Program-made: the position numbers and the translations under genes
Assembly: GCA_024679065.1 (NCBI GenBank)
Contig: JAGIQG010000013.1
Coordinates: 34,968,001-35,032,000 of the forward strand
Length of the DNA: 64,000 nt
Direction of reading: 5' to 3'
Source of the DNA: Sphyrna mokarran
Lineage: Eukaryota
Shown here: one piece after another, positions 13,801 through 25,072 of the stretch
How the letters are laid out: each line of letters opens with the position of its first letter
Numbering within the stretch: the stretch's first letter is position 1
Notes under the pieces: model-generated
What the model was told of the DNA's origin: nothing
The model's input: only the letters and a program-made list of their open reading frames with translations
Databases searched by the model: none

Positions 13801-14519
13801 AATAAGTCATTTGACCTCTAGAGCATTCAATAAGACTGGTGCAACATGACTCATGTAGACAAGTTAAATGTCATTGTACTTTCTGTGATGATCATTTTGA
13901 AATGTCTGTAATACTCCTTTCGTTACACTGAAGCACTTTAGGGTGCAACATGATCTATGAGAAAACTTGAATAGCATTGCACTTACTACAATGGCCATTT
14001 TGAATATTTTGTAATGTTCTTTCAAGAATCTTATGAATGAAGTACACTTTTGTAAAACAAATCATGGCTGATCTGATTGTGGTCTCAACTCCACTTTCTT
14101 ATCCACCGCACCCCCTCCCCCCCACACCCTCCATCACATAACACTTAACTCCTTTATCGCTCAAAAACACAACTCAACCTTGAATAAATTCAATGATCCA
14201 GTATCTGCTGCCTTTTTAGAGAAGAGAATTCCACCAACAAAACTGACAAAAACAAAGGTCCTCAATCTCCATCTGAAGACAGAAGACATATGGCAAAATA
14301 TCAGCGCCATGCTGTAGAAGAATCCAGTTTATTCACAGCTGTTACAATGAGAAGTCTGGCAGTGGATTAAATGGCGGTTGTTAATGGGAATCATTATAAC
14401 TCATAGCACAGGAGGAGACCATTCAATATTCTGCTCATGTGCTTGTGTTAATTGTTACTAATTTTTTCTCACATGCTTGTCCAGTCTCCCTTTCCTTCTA
14501 CATTCTTTTCCCTTAGACA

Positions 14520-14876
14520 ACGCGATGGCACAGTGGTTAGCACTGCTGCCTCACAGCACCAGGGACCCGGGTTTGATCCTGGCCTCAGGCAACTGAAAAT
14601 GTGAACTTTGTACATTCTCCCTGCATCTGTGTGGGTTTCTTCCAGATGCTCCTATTTCCTCCCATAGTCCAAAGGTGTGCAGGTTAGGTGGATGGCCATG
14701 CTAAATTGCCCCTTGATGTCCAAAGATATATAGGTTAGACGGATTAACCATGGTAAATGTGTAGGGTTACAGGGATAGGACAGGGGAGAAGGCCTGGGTA
14801 AGATACTTCATTAGAGAGTTGGTGCAACATTATTGGGCCGATTGGCCTCCTTCTGCACTGTCAGAATTTTATGATT
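14520..14876 (+). mobile_element. HE1-type V-SINE
   Basis: GGCACAGTGGTTAGCACTGCTGCCTCACAG head; CR1-like tail. Confidence 0.85.
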
Positions 14877-15155
14877 TTTGTCAAATACCTCTATTGAAAT
14901 CATCCTATCTCTGAGTAGAGTGTAGTAGTTCTGAGGAGTAAATCTAATAATAGAAATCTCCTTATAGAACCACAGAGAGGTTACAACATAGAAGGAGGCC
15001 ATTCGGCTCATCTTACTCATGCGAGCCCGAGGATACCCAAGTTTCTTTTCTAATCCCACCTTCCTGCACCTCATCCATAGCCTTGTAATTTACAGCACTT
15101 AAGGTGCAGATCCAAGTACTTTAAAAAGATCTGATATCAAATTGTTTTGTCTGTA

Positions 15156-15425
15156 TTGGCACAGTGGTTAGCACACTCAGAGTGCTAGGAACATTCGTTT
15201 GATTCCCATTTTGGGTCGCTGTGCGGAGTCTTCATGTTTTCCCGTGATTGCATGGATTTCCTCCGGGTGCTCGGGTTGCCTCCCACAGTCCCAAAGGCAT
15301 GCTATTAAGTGCACTGGCCATGCTAAATTCTTCCTCAGGTATTGGAGTGTGGCGACTATGGGGATATTCGCAGCAACTTCATTGCACTGTTAATGTAAGT
15401 TTACTTGTGACAATAATAAATAATC
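15156..15425 (+). mobile_element. HE1-type V-SINE (alternative tail)
   Basis: Head, core and GTGTGGCGACTA...TAATGTAAG tail. Confidence 0.8.
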
Positions 15426-15749
15426 TTAAACTTTAAACTTTTGTATCTATTCTGGGGTCAGGGACTTTCTCTCTGTCAATTTATGAAGCCGGGATAAATT
15501 AAATTATTTCAACAATGTCAGTTACACAAAATGGTATTTAACGAGTGATCCTTTGTTGTTAATCATACTTTACCGTGTCTTTGCCAGAAAGCGATTCCGT
15601 TGTGAATTATTTTATAAACCAGCTTTTACATAAGAGAAAACTTGCTATGATTTGCATTCCATGTGATATTTTTAAGTTCAGACTTATTGCGAACCTGTCT
15701 ACTCGGTAGAATTAACACGCAGGAAGATCATTGTTGAAAACACTGTGGG

Positions 15750-15760
15750 TCAGTTAGTAC
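15750..15760 (-). CDS. Gene A putative alternative secretory terminal exon (G-T-N-stop)
   Basis: Strong acceptor caaatcttctcactctctag about 300 nt after the C1 donor; phase-1 reading GGT ACT AAC TGA; no canonical polyA signal located. Confidence 0.45.
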
Positions 15761-16059
15761 CTAGAGAGTGAGAAGATTTGAGATGAAAAAAATCTCTGTT
15801 CCCAGTCTAACTGATTAATGTTGCTGATTTCAATTCCCCGCCATAATTTGTAATGTTTCTAATAAATCAGAAAATCGTCGTCGTGCGAATTTAATGTATT
15901 TTAGAGGTTTTTTTTGCTCGCAATTTCTCCAGCCTGCACTTGTATCTTCTGTAATTGCATCCCAAACACGCTTTTACACGGGGTGTACAAAATTATAATT
16001 TCTACCTCCACTTACTGTAATCGGGAGTGTGGGGTTTATTCCCTCTGTGAATCACTTAC

Positions 16060-16359
16060 CTCTGCTATGGCTGAAACGTATCCTCTCTGGCTCAGGGAGT
16101 GTGATGTGTTGAACCTCACAAATGACGGTGGTTCCCTGGTCCCAGTGAGTGTCTATAATGTGCAGCCGGGAGCTCAGGTTGTAGCTGCCGTCACTGTTTA
16201 CTATCAGCAAGCCCTGTTCAGTTTGATAGGAGACATCTCCCTCAACAATCCAGGAGATGGTCAGATTACTGGGAAAAAAACCCGCAGCCAAACAAATCAG
16301 AGATGGAAATCCAACTGTTTCTTTCTCGGGATCCGCAGAAAGAGAGATTTCAGGTTTGG
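16060..16359 (-). CDS. Gene A exon: Ig C1-set domain
   Basis: tttag acceptor and G|gtaagt donor; 300 nt, phase 1-1. AKPEISL...LICLAAGFFPSNLTISW...NSDGSYNLSSRL...WDQGTTVICEVQH matches the C1 motifs C-x-x-x-G-F-[FY]-P and C-x-V-x-H. Confidence 0.93.
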
Positions 16360-16899
16360 CTAAATGAACAAAATATTAAAAAAAACCTATCAATCTTCGT
16401 TGTAGCAAATACACAGAACGACTGCAAGAAAGATTTAAACCTGTACACGTCTGATAAAAACTGCAGAATCTGTTTGATTAATTACATAACAGGAAAGGAA
16501 AATGCAACGCGCATGAAATACGATCCAGAATAATAATATAAGTACTATCCAGTGACTTTATAAATGTAATTCTGACACAAGTTCAGTTTGTGTTTTTGGA
16601 GCTGCATTGTTAATGAAATATAAAAAATAATAGTAATTATTTCACAAAGACCAATTTCTCTCTTTGCAATCCGCTTGTTAACTAAATTATATTCGGCTGT
16701 TAGGACTGATGTCAGTATTACACAACTTTATCTTTTGGCCGTTTTTCTTCAAACTAAGTTTTGAAGATGATCTGAAAGCCCCTGTTTTTTAACGGTTATT
16801 GTGACAATAAAGCTAAAGGCTTTAGCCCCAGTATAGCATTTCTGGTTAGATTTCTGTTCCTTCCCCCCCGCATTGAGCTTTTTCAGTGTCTCTTAATCT

Positions 16900-17235
16900 A
16901 ATCTGAAAATCACAGCATGGTTACAGCACAGATCAGGAGGAGGCCATTTGGTCCATTATGCCCATGCCGATTGTCTGAAAGTATAATTGAACCAGTCCCA
17001 CTTCAGCCTTTTACAGTAGCTAGAACTGTTTCTTTTCAAAAATTGTCCAATTCTCTTTGGAAAATCACTATTGATTTTTTTCTCCACCGCGATCTCTGGC
17101 AGTGCACTCCAGATCCTAATCACACAGGAAGTAAAAGAAAAATAAATTCCTTTGTAGCCTCTTTTTAGACGTTCATTTTTAAATCCTTGAATTTTGGACA
17201 CTGCCTCCAATGGGGATAGTTTCTTCCTATCTCAT
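16900..17235 (-). mobile_element. CR1 3' fragment
   Basis: Degenerate RIWSALP and GGAGGCCATT tail motif. Confidence 0.6.
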
Positions 17236-17254
17236 CCATCGAGACCCAAATTCA

Positions 17255-17895
17255 AAACGAAGTATTGCGGATACGGGGAATTTAAAATAAAAGCAGAAAA
17301 GGTAGGGGGAAAAATACAGCCGATCTGGCAGCATCTGCAGAGAGAGAAACCGAGTTAACTTGCAGAAAGATAAAACAGAAAATGCACAGTGATGAAGGGT
17401 CATCCAGGCTCAAAACTTTGGCTCTATTCTCTCTCCACTGTCAGACATGCTGAGTTTTTCCAGCATTTTCTACAACAATATAAAGAGAAATTACTGCGGG
17501 TGCTGGAATCTGAAACCAAAAGAGAAAACGCTGAAAACAAGGGGAGAAAAGAGCTGACGTTTCGACTCCAGATGACTGTTTGTTAAAGCCTTGATGAAAT
17601 ATATTGATTAAAATAAATACAAGGCTTTGATAAAGGGTTATCGAAACGTCAGCTCTTTTCTCTCCTTACAGATGCTGCCAGACCTGCTGAGATTTTCCAG
17701 CATTTTCTCTTTTGGTTTCAGATTCCAGCAGTATTTTGCACTTGTGTTTTTATTTCAGAAAGATGACATTAATAATAAATTTAAACGATTAAATCTCTAG
17801 CTTCTTCCAGTTCTGACCAAATGTCATTGACTTTAGCTCAGTGTCTGTCTCCACAGAGACTGTCGGAGCTGAAGAGTATTTTCTGTTTTTATTTT
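17255..17895. repeat. Nested Penelope-derived palindromic repeats in the gene A V-C intron
   Basis: GCTGGAATCTGAAACCAAAAGAGAAAA / TTTTCTCTTTTGGTTTCAGATTCCAGC; GATGCTGCCAGACCTGCTGAG. Confidence 0.65.
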
Positions 17896-17903
17896 CTAAT
17901 TAC

Positions 17904-18239
17904 CTTGAATGTTCAGTTTTGTTCCTTCTCCTACAAAGTTTTTCCAGGGCTTAGGGGCCACTCTAAGAACCACGCAGTGGTAAGTGTCGGAATCGTCCAG
18001 AGTCACCTGCCGAATGACAAGTGAACCCTCAGATGGGGACAGGCGAGAGCTTTTCTGGAGGTTATTCTTGGATGCGTTGCCTCTGATGTTCGGGTTGTCT
18101 CTTGCCCTATACCAATAATATCTCATCTCACCCACCCGCTCCTCTCCGGGTATCAGGGTGCAACTTATTCGAGCTGTCTGTCCTGTCAGGAGGGACAGAA
18201 CTGAAGGAAACTGAGTCACGTTCAGACCGACAACAGGTC
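17904..18239 (-). CDS. Gene A exon: germline-joined VJ-type Ig V domain of a non-rearranging antigen-receptor/CD28-like IgSF protein
   Basis: tttcag acceptor and G|gtaatt donor; 336 nt, phase 1-1. GPVVGLNVTQFP...ARISC...YYWYR...LVIRQVTLDDSDTYHC...FVGEGTKLNIQ has canonical C, W, D-x-x-x-Y-x-C and J-like G-x-G-T-x-L in a single exon. Confidence 0.93.
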
Positions 18240-18330
18240 CTGAAACATAAAATTATAACATAATAATTAAACCCAAATAATCTGAGTACAACCAGAATTA
18301 CTGTTAACTGGAGTCCAAGTAAATCCTTAC

Positions 18331-18376
18331 CTACGACACAGAGGCAGAGTTTGAGAATGTATCCAACTGCACCCAT
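18331..18376 (-). CDS. Gene A exon: signal peptide (MGAVGYILKLCLCVV-G)
   Basis: ATG at 18376; 46-nt hydrophobic leader ending phase 1 at a G|gtaagg donor; splices in frame to the VJ exon. Confidence 0.88.
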
Positions 18377-18424
18377 CTCTCTCACCGGTATTACAGAGCT
18401 GCTGGTATTCTGAAGAAAAGAAAA

Positions 18425-18505
18425 ATCACTGGAAGGTTCTTGTGGTTGTAGCGCCCGGTACGTCACATCATACTGACTGCCGGTTACAGACCGAATGGGA
18501 AGTTT
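18425..18505 (-). promoter_or_regulatory. Putative gene A proximal regulatory region (CRE-like, RUNX, ETS motifs)
   Basis: TGACGTA (18459-18465), TGTGGTT (18441-18447) and GGAAG cores (18431, ~18498) with retained CpGs just 5' of the leader. Confidence 0.4.
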
Positions 18506-19899
18506 AACAAAATACACATGCTAGTCTCTTCACTTCTATGCAATAAACATTTGTATTTTCTCCCTTAATGCAAAATACCGTTGAATTTATAGTGTCAATG
18601 ATCTTTATCATTTGATTTTAAATTATGGTGCAATCGCCCCTAGTCTGGCATCAACAACTTGTAATCAACATTCAGAATAAATAAATCTGTAAACCACACG
18701 AATTTCAGTTGATGGAACTGGCCTGGAATTCGGATAATACCGAGGCAATTTATTTAACTTATGAGACCATCTGAAAGGGTGATTTGTTACTGACCAATGT
18801 TCATCCAGCCCGAGGCCAGTGCATGCAAATTCCATTTGTATCACTCCCAGTTGTCCTCCCAAGGCATTTTTAATTCATTCATGTGATAATCATGGACGTT
18901 TTCATAGAATCATAGACTCAGAATCCCTACTGTGCAGAAGGATACCATTCGACCCATCCAGTCTGCAACGACAACAATCCCGCCCAGTTCCCCTACACTA
19001 AGCGGCAATTCAGTATCGCCAATCAATCTATTCAATATTCAGTCAGTATTCTTCCATTTTGTACAACGCTTGAAGGAATCACTGAGGATGTCAAGGGCAC
19101 AAAATGTCCACCACCAAGAATGGCTTGGCAGCTGCACTACTGATCGAGCTGGGCAGGTCCTACTCATAATCTGCTCATACTGCATCACTGGAATTTTCAC
19201 CTGAACTCAGATAACCCTGTCTCATTTTACCCCATTTCAATTTCCCCAGAAGCCTGGAGTTTAGATTTCCAATCTTAGTTTTTGTTTTAGCTTCATTAGA
19301 AACTAGTAAGTTCCATCTCCTTTATCCGTTTCCCTTTTTAATTAAGGCTGTCTTGAAACTACAAGCTTTAACACATTGCCTTCCAACATAATGCTGTGAA
19401 GTCAGATACTTGATCACAGTTAACCACTTCCTCTCCTCCTTCTCCCTGCGCACTTTCTTCTTTATGTTCCTCAAAAAAAATGATTGATTTCAAAATTAAA
19501 CTTGTTCTTCATTGATCAAAAGCATTCCACTAAAATGAGGGACAAGACTATGGAATAACATTTTCATGATCACTATAACTTCAGGTTGTTGAAGATCGTG
19601 GCTGGGCCCTGGAATGCTCGTGGGGACCTGGACTGGCCAGAAATCAATCTGGTGAGCAAAGTGCAGATAGTTCAGGGCTTCAGCATATGCCCAGAGTTCA
19701 GCAACTGTCAGAATTGGTGTGAATAAACCTCGTCCGCCTGAACTTTTAATCAGATTCGTGATTGTGACCTCTGCATTGCAGAGTGTGGGAGATTTGAGTC
19801 TGAACTCCCACTGAGGAAAATAATTGTAGTCTACACCAGTTTTTCCGCAAATTCAGCACATAGAGCTTTTTTGAGAGAATCACCCCCTATGATTCTACT

Positions 19900-20165
19900 T
19901 CATAGAACAGTGCAGAAGGAGGCCATTCGGCCCATTGAGCTTGCACCGACAACAATCCCAACAAGGTCCTATCCCTGTAACATCATATATTTACAATGCT
20001 AAGAGACAATTTAGCATGACCTAACCCTCACATCTTTGGATTGTGGGAAGAAACTAGAGCAACCAGAGGAAACCCAAATATGCAGAGAACAGTAAATCAC
20101 CTGAGGCCAGATTGAGCATGGCTGCTTAGTGCTGTTAAGCAGCAGTGCTAACCATCGTGGCATGC
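19900..20165 (-). mobile_element. HE1-type V-SINE
   Basis: Reverse-complement head, core and tail. Confidence 0.8.
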
Positions 20166-21375
20166 ACCTGGCCACCTTACCTTCACTTGGGATTTTGAGA
20201 TTTGTTGACATCGCATGCACCTACCTTTCACTGCACTGCTACCATCTTTCACATGCTGCTTTAACCCCAGAGCACTGCCAAAGCTACTTTTTCACACAAG
20301 GTTGTAGCAAAGTGGCTTCACTTAGTCAGCAGAGGCTGGTGTTTGTTGCAAGTAAGATTGCATTCTACCATGTAAGATCATTCTGGGGCAGGACAGAGGA
20401 GGCTGATTAGACAGAGTCCTGCTACGAGGGGTGCAGGCTATAGGTTTCATATGATGAAGGGAGGGAGTGAAGGGATGCCTGCCAGAGGAATGACTATAGC
20501 CAGGTGAGGATAATGGGACCAAGGAAGGTGGGGGGTGGTGGCATGCAGAGGAATGATTGGAAGTGGGGAACTGGAGCCTGAAATAGAAGGCTGGAAATGA
20601 GAAGGGGTGGATATGGTTTAATATTATATAAGAAAAAGAGCAGGAACATAGGATCATTTCTAAAGGAGAGGGTTGAAGGAATTGGGGGAATAAGTGTCAG
20701 CCAGTCATTTAATCCTGAGACTGAGACAATATGGAGAGATAAGGCAGTTATGAGGCTGTGTAGGACATGCTACAATAAAATGCAAAGCATGCACATTGTG
20801 ACCCCATCCAGGGATGCAGAAGGCCTGTCTGTGCAGTGACAGTAATGCACAGAATGGTGTGCAGGGCATGGATCAGTGCCTCACACACAAGGATCATGAG
20901 GCCGCTGGCTCAGTAGACTCTTCAGAGGCCATGTGGGAGAAATCAACAGTCAGGCTTATGGATTAATTCAATAGGAAGCCACATTATGTCCAGATGAGAA
21001 CATTGAGTTGAAAGTTCAGCTGAAAATAGTCATGGAAAATTAATAGGAAAATGAATGCATTGACATATAGTGGAGAGTCTTTTGCCATCACATCAATATG
21101 AGAAGGAAAGAGGGATTTCGCCATTAAAGGAATATTGGCAGGATATGCCATATGCAGGGTGGCACGAAGAGAGACTATGCCTAGCATTGTGGCATCAAAG
21201 TCTCTTATGGAGCACAAGGCTTCCAAACATTCAATACATCCGCGGCGACAGGGATATATTCAAATCCAAATAAGGTGGCCTGACAGTGTCGTGAATGAGG
21301 TTGAACTCACATGGCTGTGCTCAACTTTTGCAATCCTATTTGTGATTATGCTGTTAGGGAGCTGGAGGATTTATT

Positions 21376-21665
21376 CATAGAATCCTTACAGAAGGAGGCC
21401 ATTCAGCCCATCAAATCTGTACAGACCACAATCCCACTCAGACCCTATCCCCGTGACCTCATAAATTTACCCTGTTAATCCCCCTGACACTAGAGTCAAT
21501 TAAGCATGGCCAATCAATCTAACCCACACATCTTTTGGATTGTGGGAGGAAACTGGAGCACCCAGATGAAACCTACACAGACACACACAGTGACCTGAGG
21601 CCAGAATTGAACCTGGGTCCCTGGCACTATGGGGCAGCATGGTAACCAGTGTGTCACCATGCCGC
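21376..21665 (-). mobile_element. HE1-type V-SINE
   Basis: Reverse-complement head, core and tail. Confidence 0.8.
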
Positions 21666-22079
21666 TGCAGGATGATTAAGCACCCAGGATCCTTGATGTA
21701 GGATTGCAGTTGCAAGAATAGTATTGAATTAGTGCAGCCCAAGAACATCACAGTGCCTTGGAATGAGAGGTTGATCATTGCAGGGTAAGCTGCATTCGTA
21801 TATTTGATCCATCTGTCCATAGGAAGCATGAGGAATACAGAATGGAGGCTATAGATAATGCTGCTTTCCTAGTTGGCTACATTTGTAATAAGGAGGAGAT
21901 GAAGTGTCTCTAGCCATCTGGCAAGTCTCAGAGAAGAGCCATGGCCTGAGGCCTAGGTTCCAGAGACACCCAGGAAGACCCAGCAACTTAGAGGTGAGAT
22001 GTAACGCACAGAAGTGACTGGCACGGCCTTGAGTATACTGAAGACATATCTAATTTTTGGAAAAAAGAAAGTGAAAGTG

Positions 22080-22900
22080 TTGCAGATCTTTCCATCTGTT
22101 AAGGGATGTGGTGGCTCACATCTGCCACATTGTGGCAGCAGCTACTGATCTTCATCAACATGAAATGGTTCCACTCCCTGCAGCTGACGTGCAATCATCA
22201 AAAGATCCCCCATGTTTGTGTCAAGTTCTCTGAGAGTTCTCACAACTCTTACATGCTGAATCACTCCCAAGTGCCACAGATCCTTGAAGGTCCAAGCCAC
22301 TTACAGTGTTGGCTGCTGGGTGATGATGGCCCAGTGGTTAGTATTGCTGCCTCACAGCTCCAGAGACCCAGGTTCGATTCGAGCTTCCAGTGACTATCTA
22401 ACTGGAGTTTGCACTTTCTCCCTACGTCTGCAAGGGTTTCATCCAGATGCTCCAGTTTCCTCCCACACTCTAAAGATGTACGGATTAAGTTGATTGGCCA
22501 TGATAAATTGCCCCTTAGTGTCAGGGGGATTAGCAGGATAAGTATGTCGAATTACAGAGATAGGGCCTGGAGGGATTGTTATTGATGCAGTCTCGATGGG
22601 TCAATGGCTGCTTCTGCACTATTGGGATTCAATGATTCTATGAAGACGTGATTTATGACACTCATGTATCATCCTCAAAGTGCCTCGGGGCGAGATACGT
22701 TCTGTGACAAGGTCCATCATAGAGCAACATATTCACATCCTGAAGATACACTTCTGATGCTTGAACCTTTCTCCTGGTGCTTCCCTCGGAGGGTGTCCTG
22801 CATCATCATGCTGCTCTTTGCATTGCATAACCTGGCACTTCAAAAGGGAGATAGTGTAAAGATGGAGACATGGAGCAAATAGAAATTTATTTGGACAAGG
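22080..22900 (+). mobile_element. PIF/Harbinger transposase (HARBI1-like DDE) relic, split by a SINE
   Basis: FINMKWFHSLQLTCNH...SSHNSYML...WLLGD | FMT...IEQ...ILK.HF.CL...RRVSCII...ALHNLA. Confidence 0.8.
22325..22642 (+). mobile_element. HE1-type V-SINE inserted in the Harbinger transposase
   Basis: Head with GGTTCGATTC B box; core; tail. Confidence 0.85.
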
Positions 22901-23566
22901 AGCATTTGGAAACATCAAAACTTGAAGAGGATCAGGATAGAGACATTCCACATGAGGATGCCAGCCCCCATGGCAAGAGGCAGAAGATGTGCCTATGACA
23001 AGCTAATTGCTACTAGGTTTAAGGAGAAGTAGGTAATAAGTATGCATTTCTCCTGTTCTTTAGAGGCATGGAGGTGATTGGGAAGTCCTTTCCAATCTTT
23101 GATACTTCAGGCAAGCTCACCATTCACCTTGGAACCAATAACCATTAAGGGTAAAAAAGGGATCAGTATTGGAAAGGTTAGGATCCAATGTCACATATGG
23201 TACCCTTCCCATGTGAAAGTCAGCAAATGAGCATGCAACCTGAGGTAACTAAACATTGTTCTGACTTTAGCACCAGCACATGACTCTTTCAGCAGCCATT
23301 GTGATTTGGACTTGTTTACAGTAAACATAATGCTTGCCATGTGCTTTCACACTCACAAGGAACACAGCTCAGTGCTGATGTTACAGCGTTAAATGTCATC
23401 CTCCAAGACACAGGAGCACACATAATTCAATCGTCTGCTGCAGGACTTAAAAGAGCATTTCTGTCTCCACTTGCAATTTCAGGTTCTGACTTGACACATC
23501 CCCCTTTAGATGCCACAAGGGGCGAGTGACTAACATGACTTAACTATACCATAAGACCATAAGACA

Positions 23567-25072
23567 TAGGAGACTTTTTTCTCTGTCAGTTGTGCAACTT
23601 TGGAACTTTCTATCAGAAAACAGTGGAAGTCATTGAATGTTTTTAAGGCAGAGGTAGATAGATTTTTGTTAGAAAAGGGAATAAGAGGCTATTAGATCAG
23701 ATTACAGAATTTGAAACAATAGATCAGTCATGATCTAATTGAATGATGGACCAGGCTTGAGGGGCTGATTCTGATGTTAATTACATTGAGTGTTGCAGAT
23801 GCTAGTTTTTATCTTAATATTGATTGGGGGTTGTTTAGGTTGGCAAATGATAAATGCCTTTTGTAACATTTTCACCAATGTATCCACATTTTGTTATATT
23901 TTCAGTTTCTTGTTGTTGCCCGAGTAATAGGATTTCTCCATTCAAAACACTGAAACTCTGTCAAATTTCCCTAGCAAGCATCCCCTGTATTCCTGTGTAA
24001 TTCTCCTATTTAAGACATAGGAGCAGAATTAGGCCACTCAGCCCATCGAGTCTGCTCCACCATTCAATCATGGCTGATATTTCTCTCATTCCCATTCTCC
24101 TGCCTTTTCCTCATATTTCCTGACCCCTTATTAATCAAGAACCTATCTATATCATGACATGAATCTGATGGAATCAAAAGCAGACCATTAAAGAGTAGGA
24201 GCTAAATTCATCCTTGAGACAAGACGTTACACAGAATCATATACAAGAAGCATTCACACACAAGGATCATTCAATTACTTCAGGCACAGCATTCAGACCC
24301 TTGAGACCTGATTGCTATTATTGACTTCCATAACTATCTATTGCCACTGTTTTCATATCTTGAAGACCTTCTGCTACTCTGTGTACACAGGAAATCTCTC
24401 CTCCTTTCCACCAGCTCCAGCTCCATTACAGCATCAGAAAACCTGGATGTCCCTTCCACCCAAAGTCAGCTATTCTTTAATCTTTCCAACTCAGATTCAT
24501 AGATTAATACTAAAGTATGTTTTTGATTTTGTTTCAGATTTTAAAAATCAGTTATGTAGGAAGATTATGTTTGACTAATTGACTCCAAAATACCAACTGC
24601 TGGCCAGAACGTTCTCACAGGCTAAAATAGGAGAATTACACAGGAATACAGGGGATGCTTACTAGGGAAATTTGATAGAGTTTCAGTGTTTTGAATGGGG
24701 AAGTCCTATTATTCGGGCAACAACAAGAAACTGAAAATATAACAAAATGTGGATACATTGGTTAAAATGTTACAAAAGGCATTTATCATTTGCCAACCTA
24801 AACAACCCCCAATCAATATTAAGATAAAAACTAGCATCTGCAATCTCAATGTAATTAACATCAGAATCAGCCCCTCAAGCCTGGTCCATCATTCAATTAG
24901 ATCATGACTGATCTATTGTTTCAAATTCCGTAATCTGATCTAATAGCCTCTTATTCCCTTTTCTAACAAGAATCTATCTACCTCTGCCTTAAAAACATTC
25001 AATGACTTCCACTGTTTTCTGATGAAGAACGTTCCAAAGTTGCACAACTGTCTGAGAGAAAAAAGTCTCCTA
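23567..25072. repeat. ~445-bp high-identity inverted repeat (23567-24011 vs 24625-25072)
   Basis: Direct reverse-complement match; ~610-bp spacer. Confidence 0.92.

Noticed and set aside
15741-15747. CACAGTG heptamer downstream of C1 (also in SINE heads) as a recombination signal
   Set aside because: No ACAAAAACC-like nonamer at 12 or 23 spacing, and it is not adjacent to a V or J segment
15914-16363. 149-aa plus-strand ORF, and the similar 41868-42200 and 36188-36370 ORFs
   Set aside because: Antisense shadows of real minus-strand Ig exons
17904-18239. Assigning gene A to NCR3, CD28, CTLA4 or IgL, or gene B to CD276, VTCN1, HHLA2 or BTN
   Set aside because: Family-level motifs only; domain architecture differs and orthology needs phylogeny and synteny
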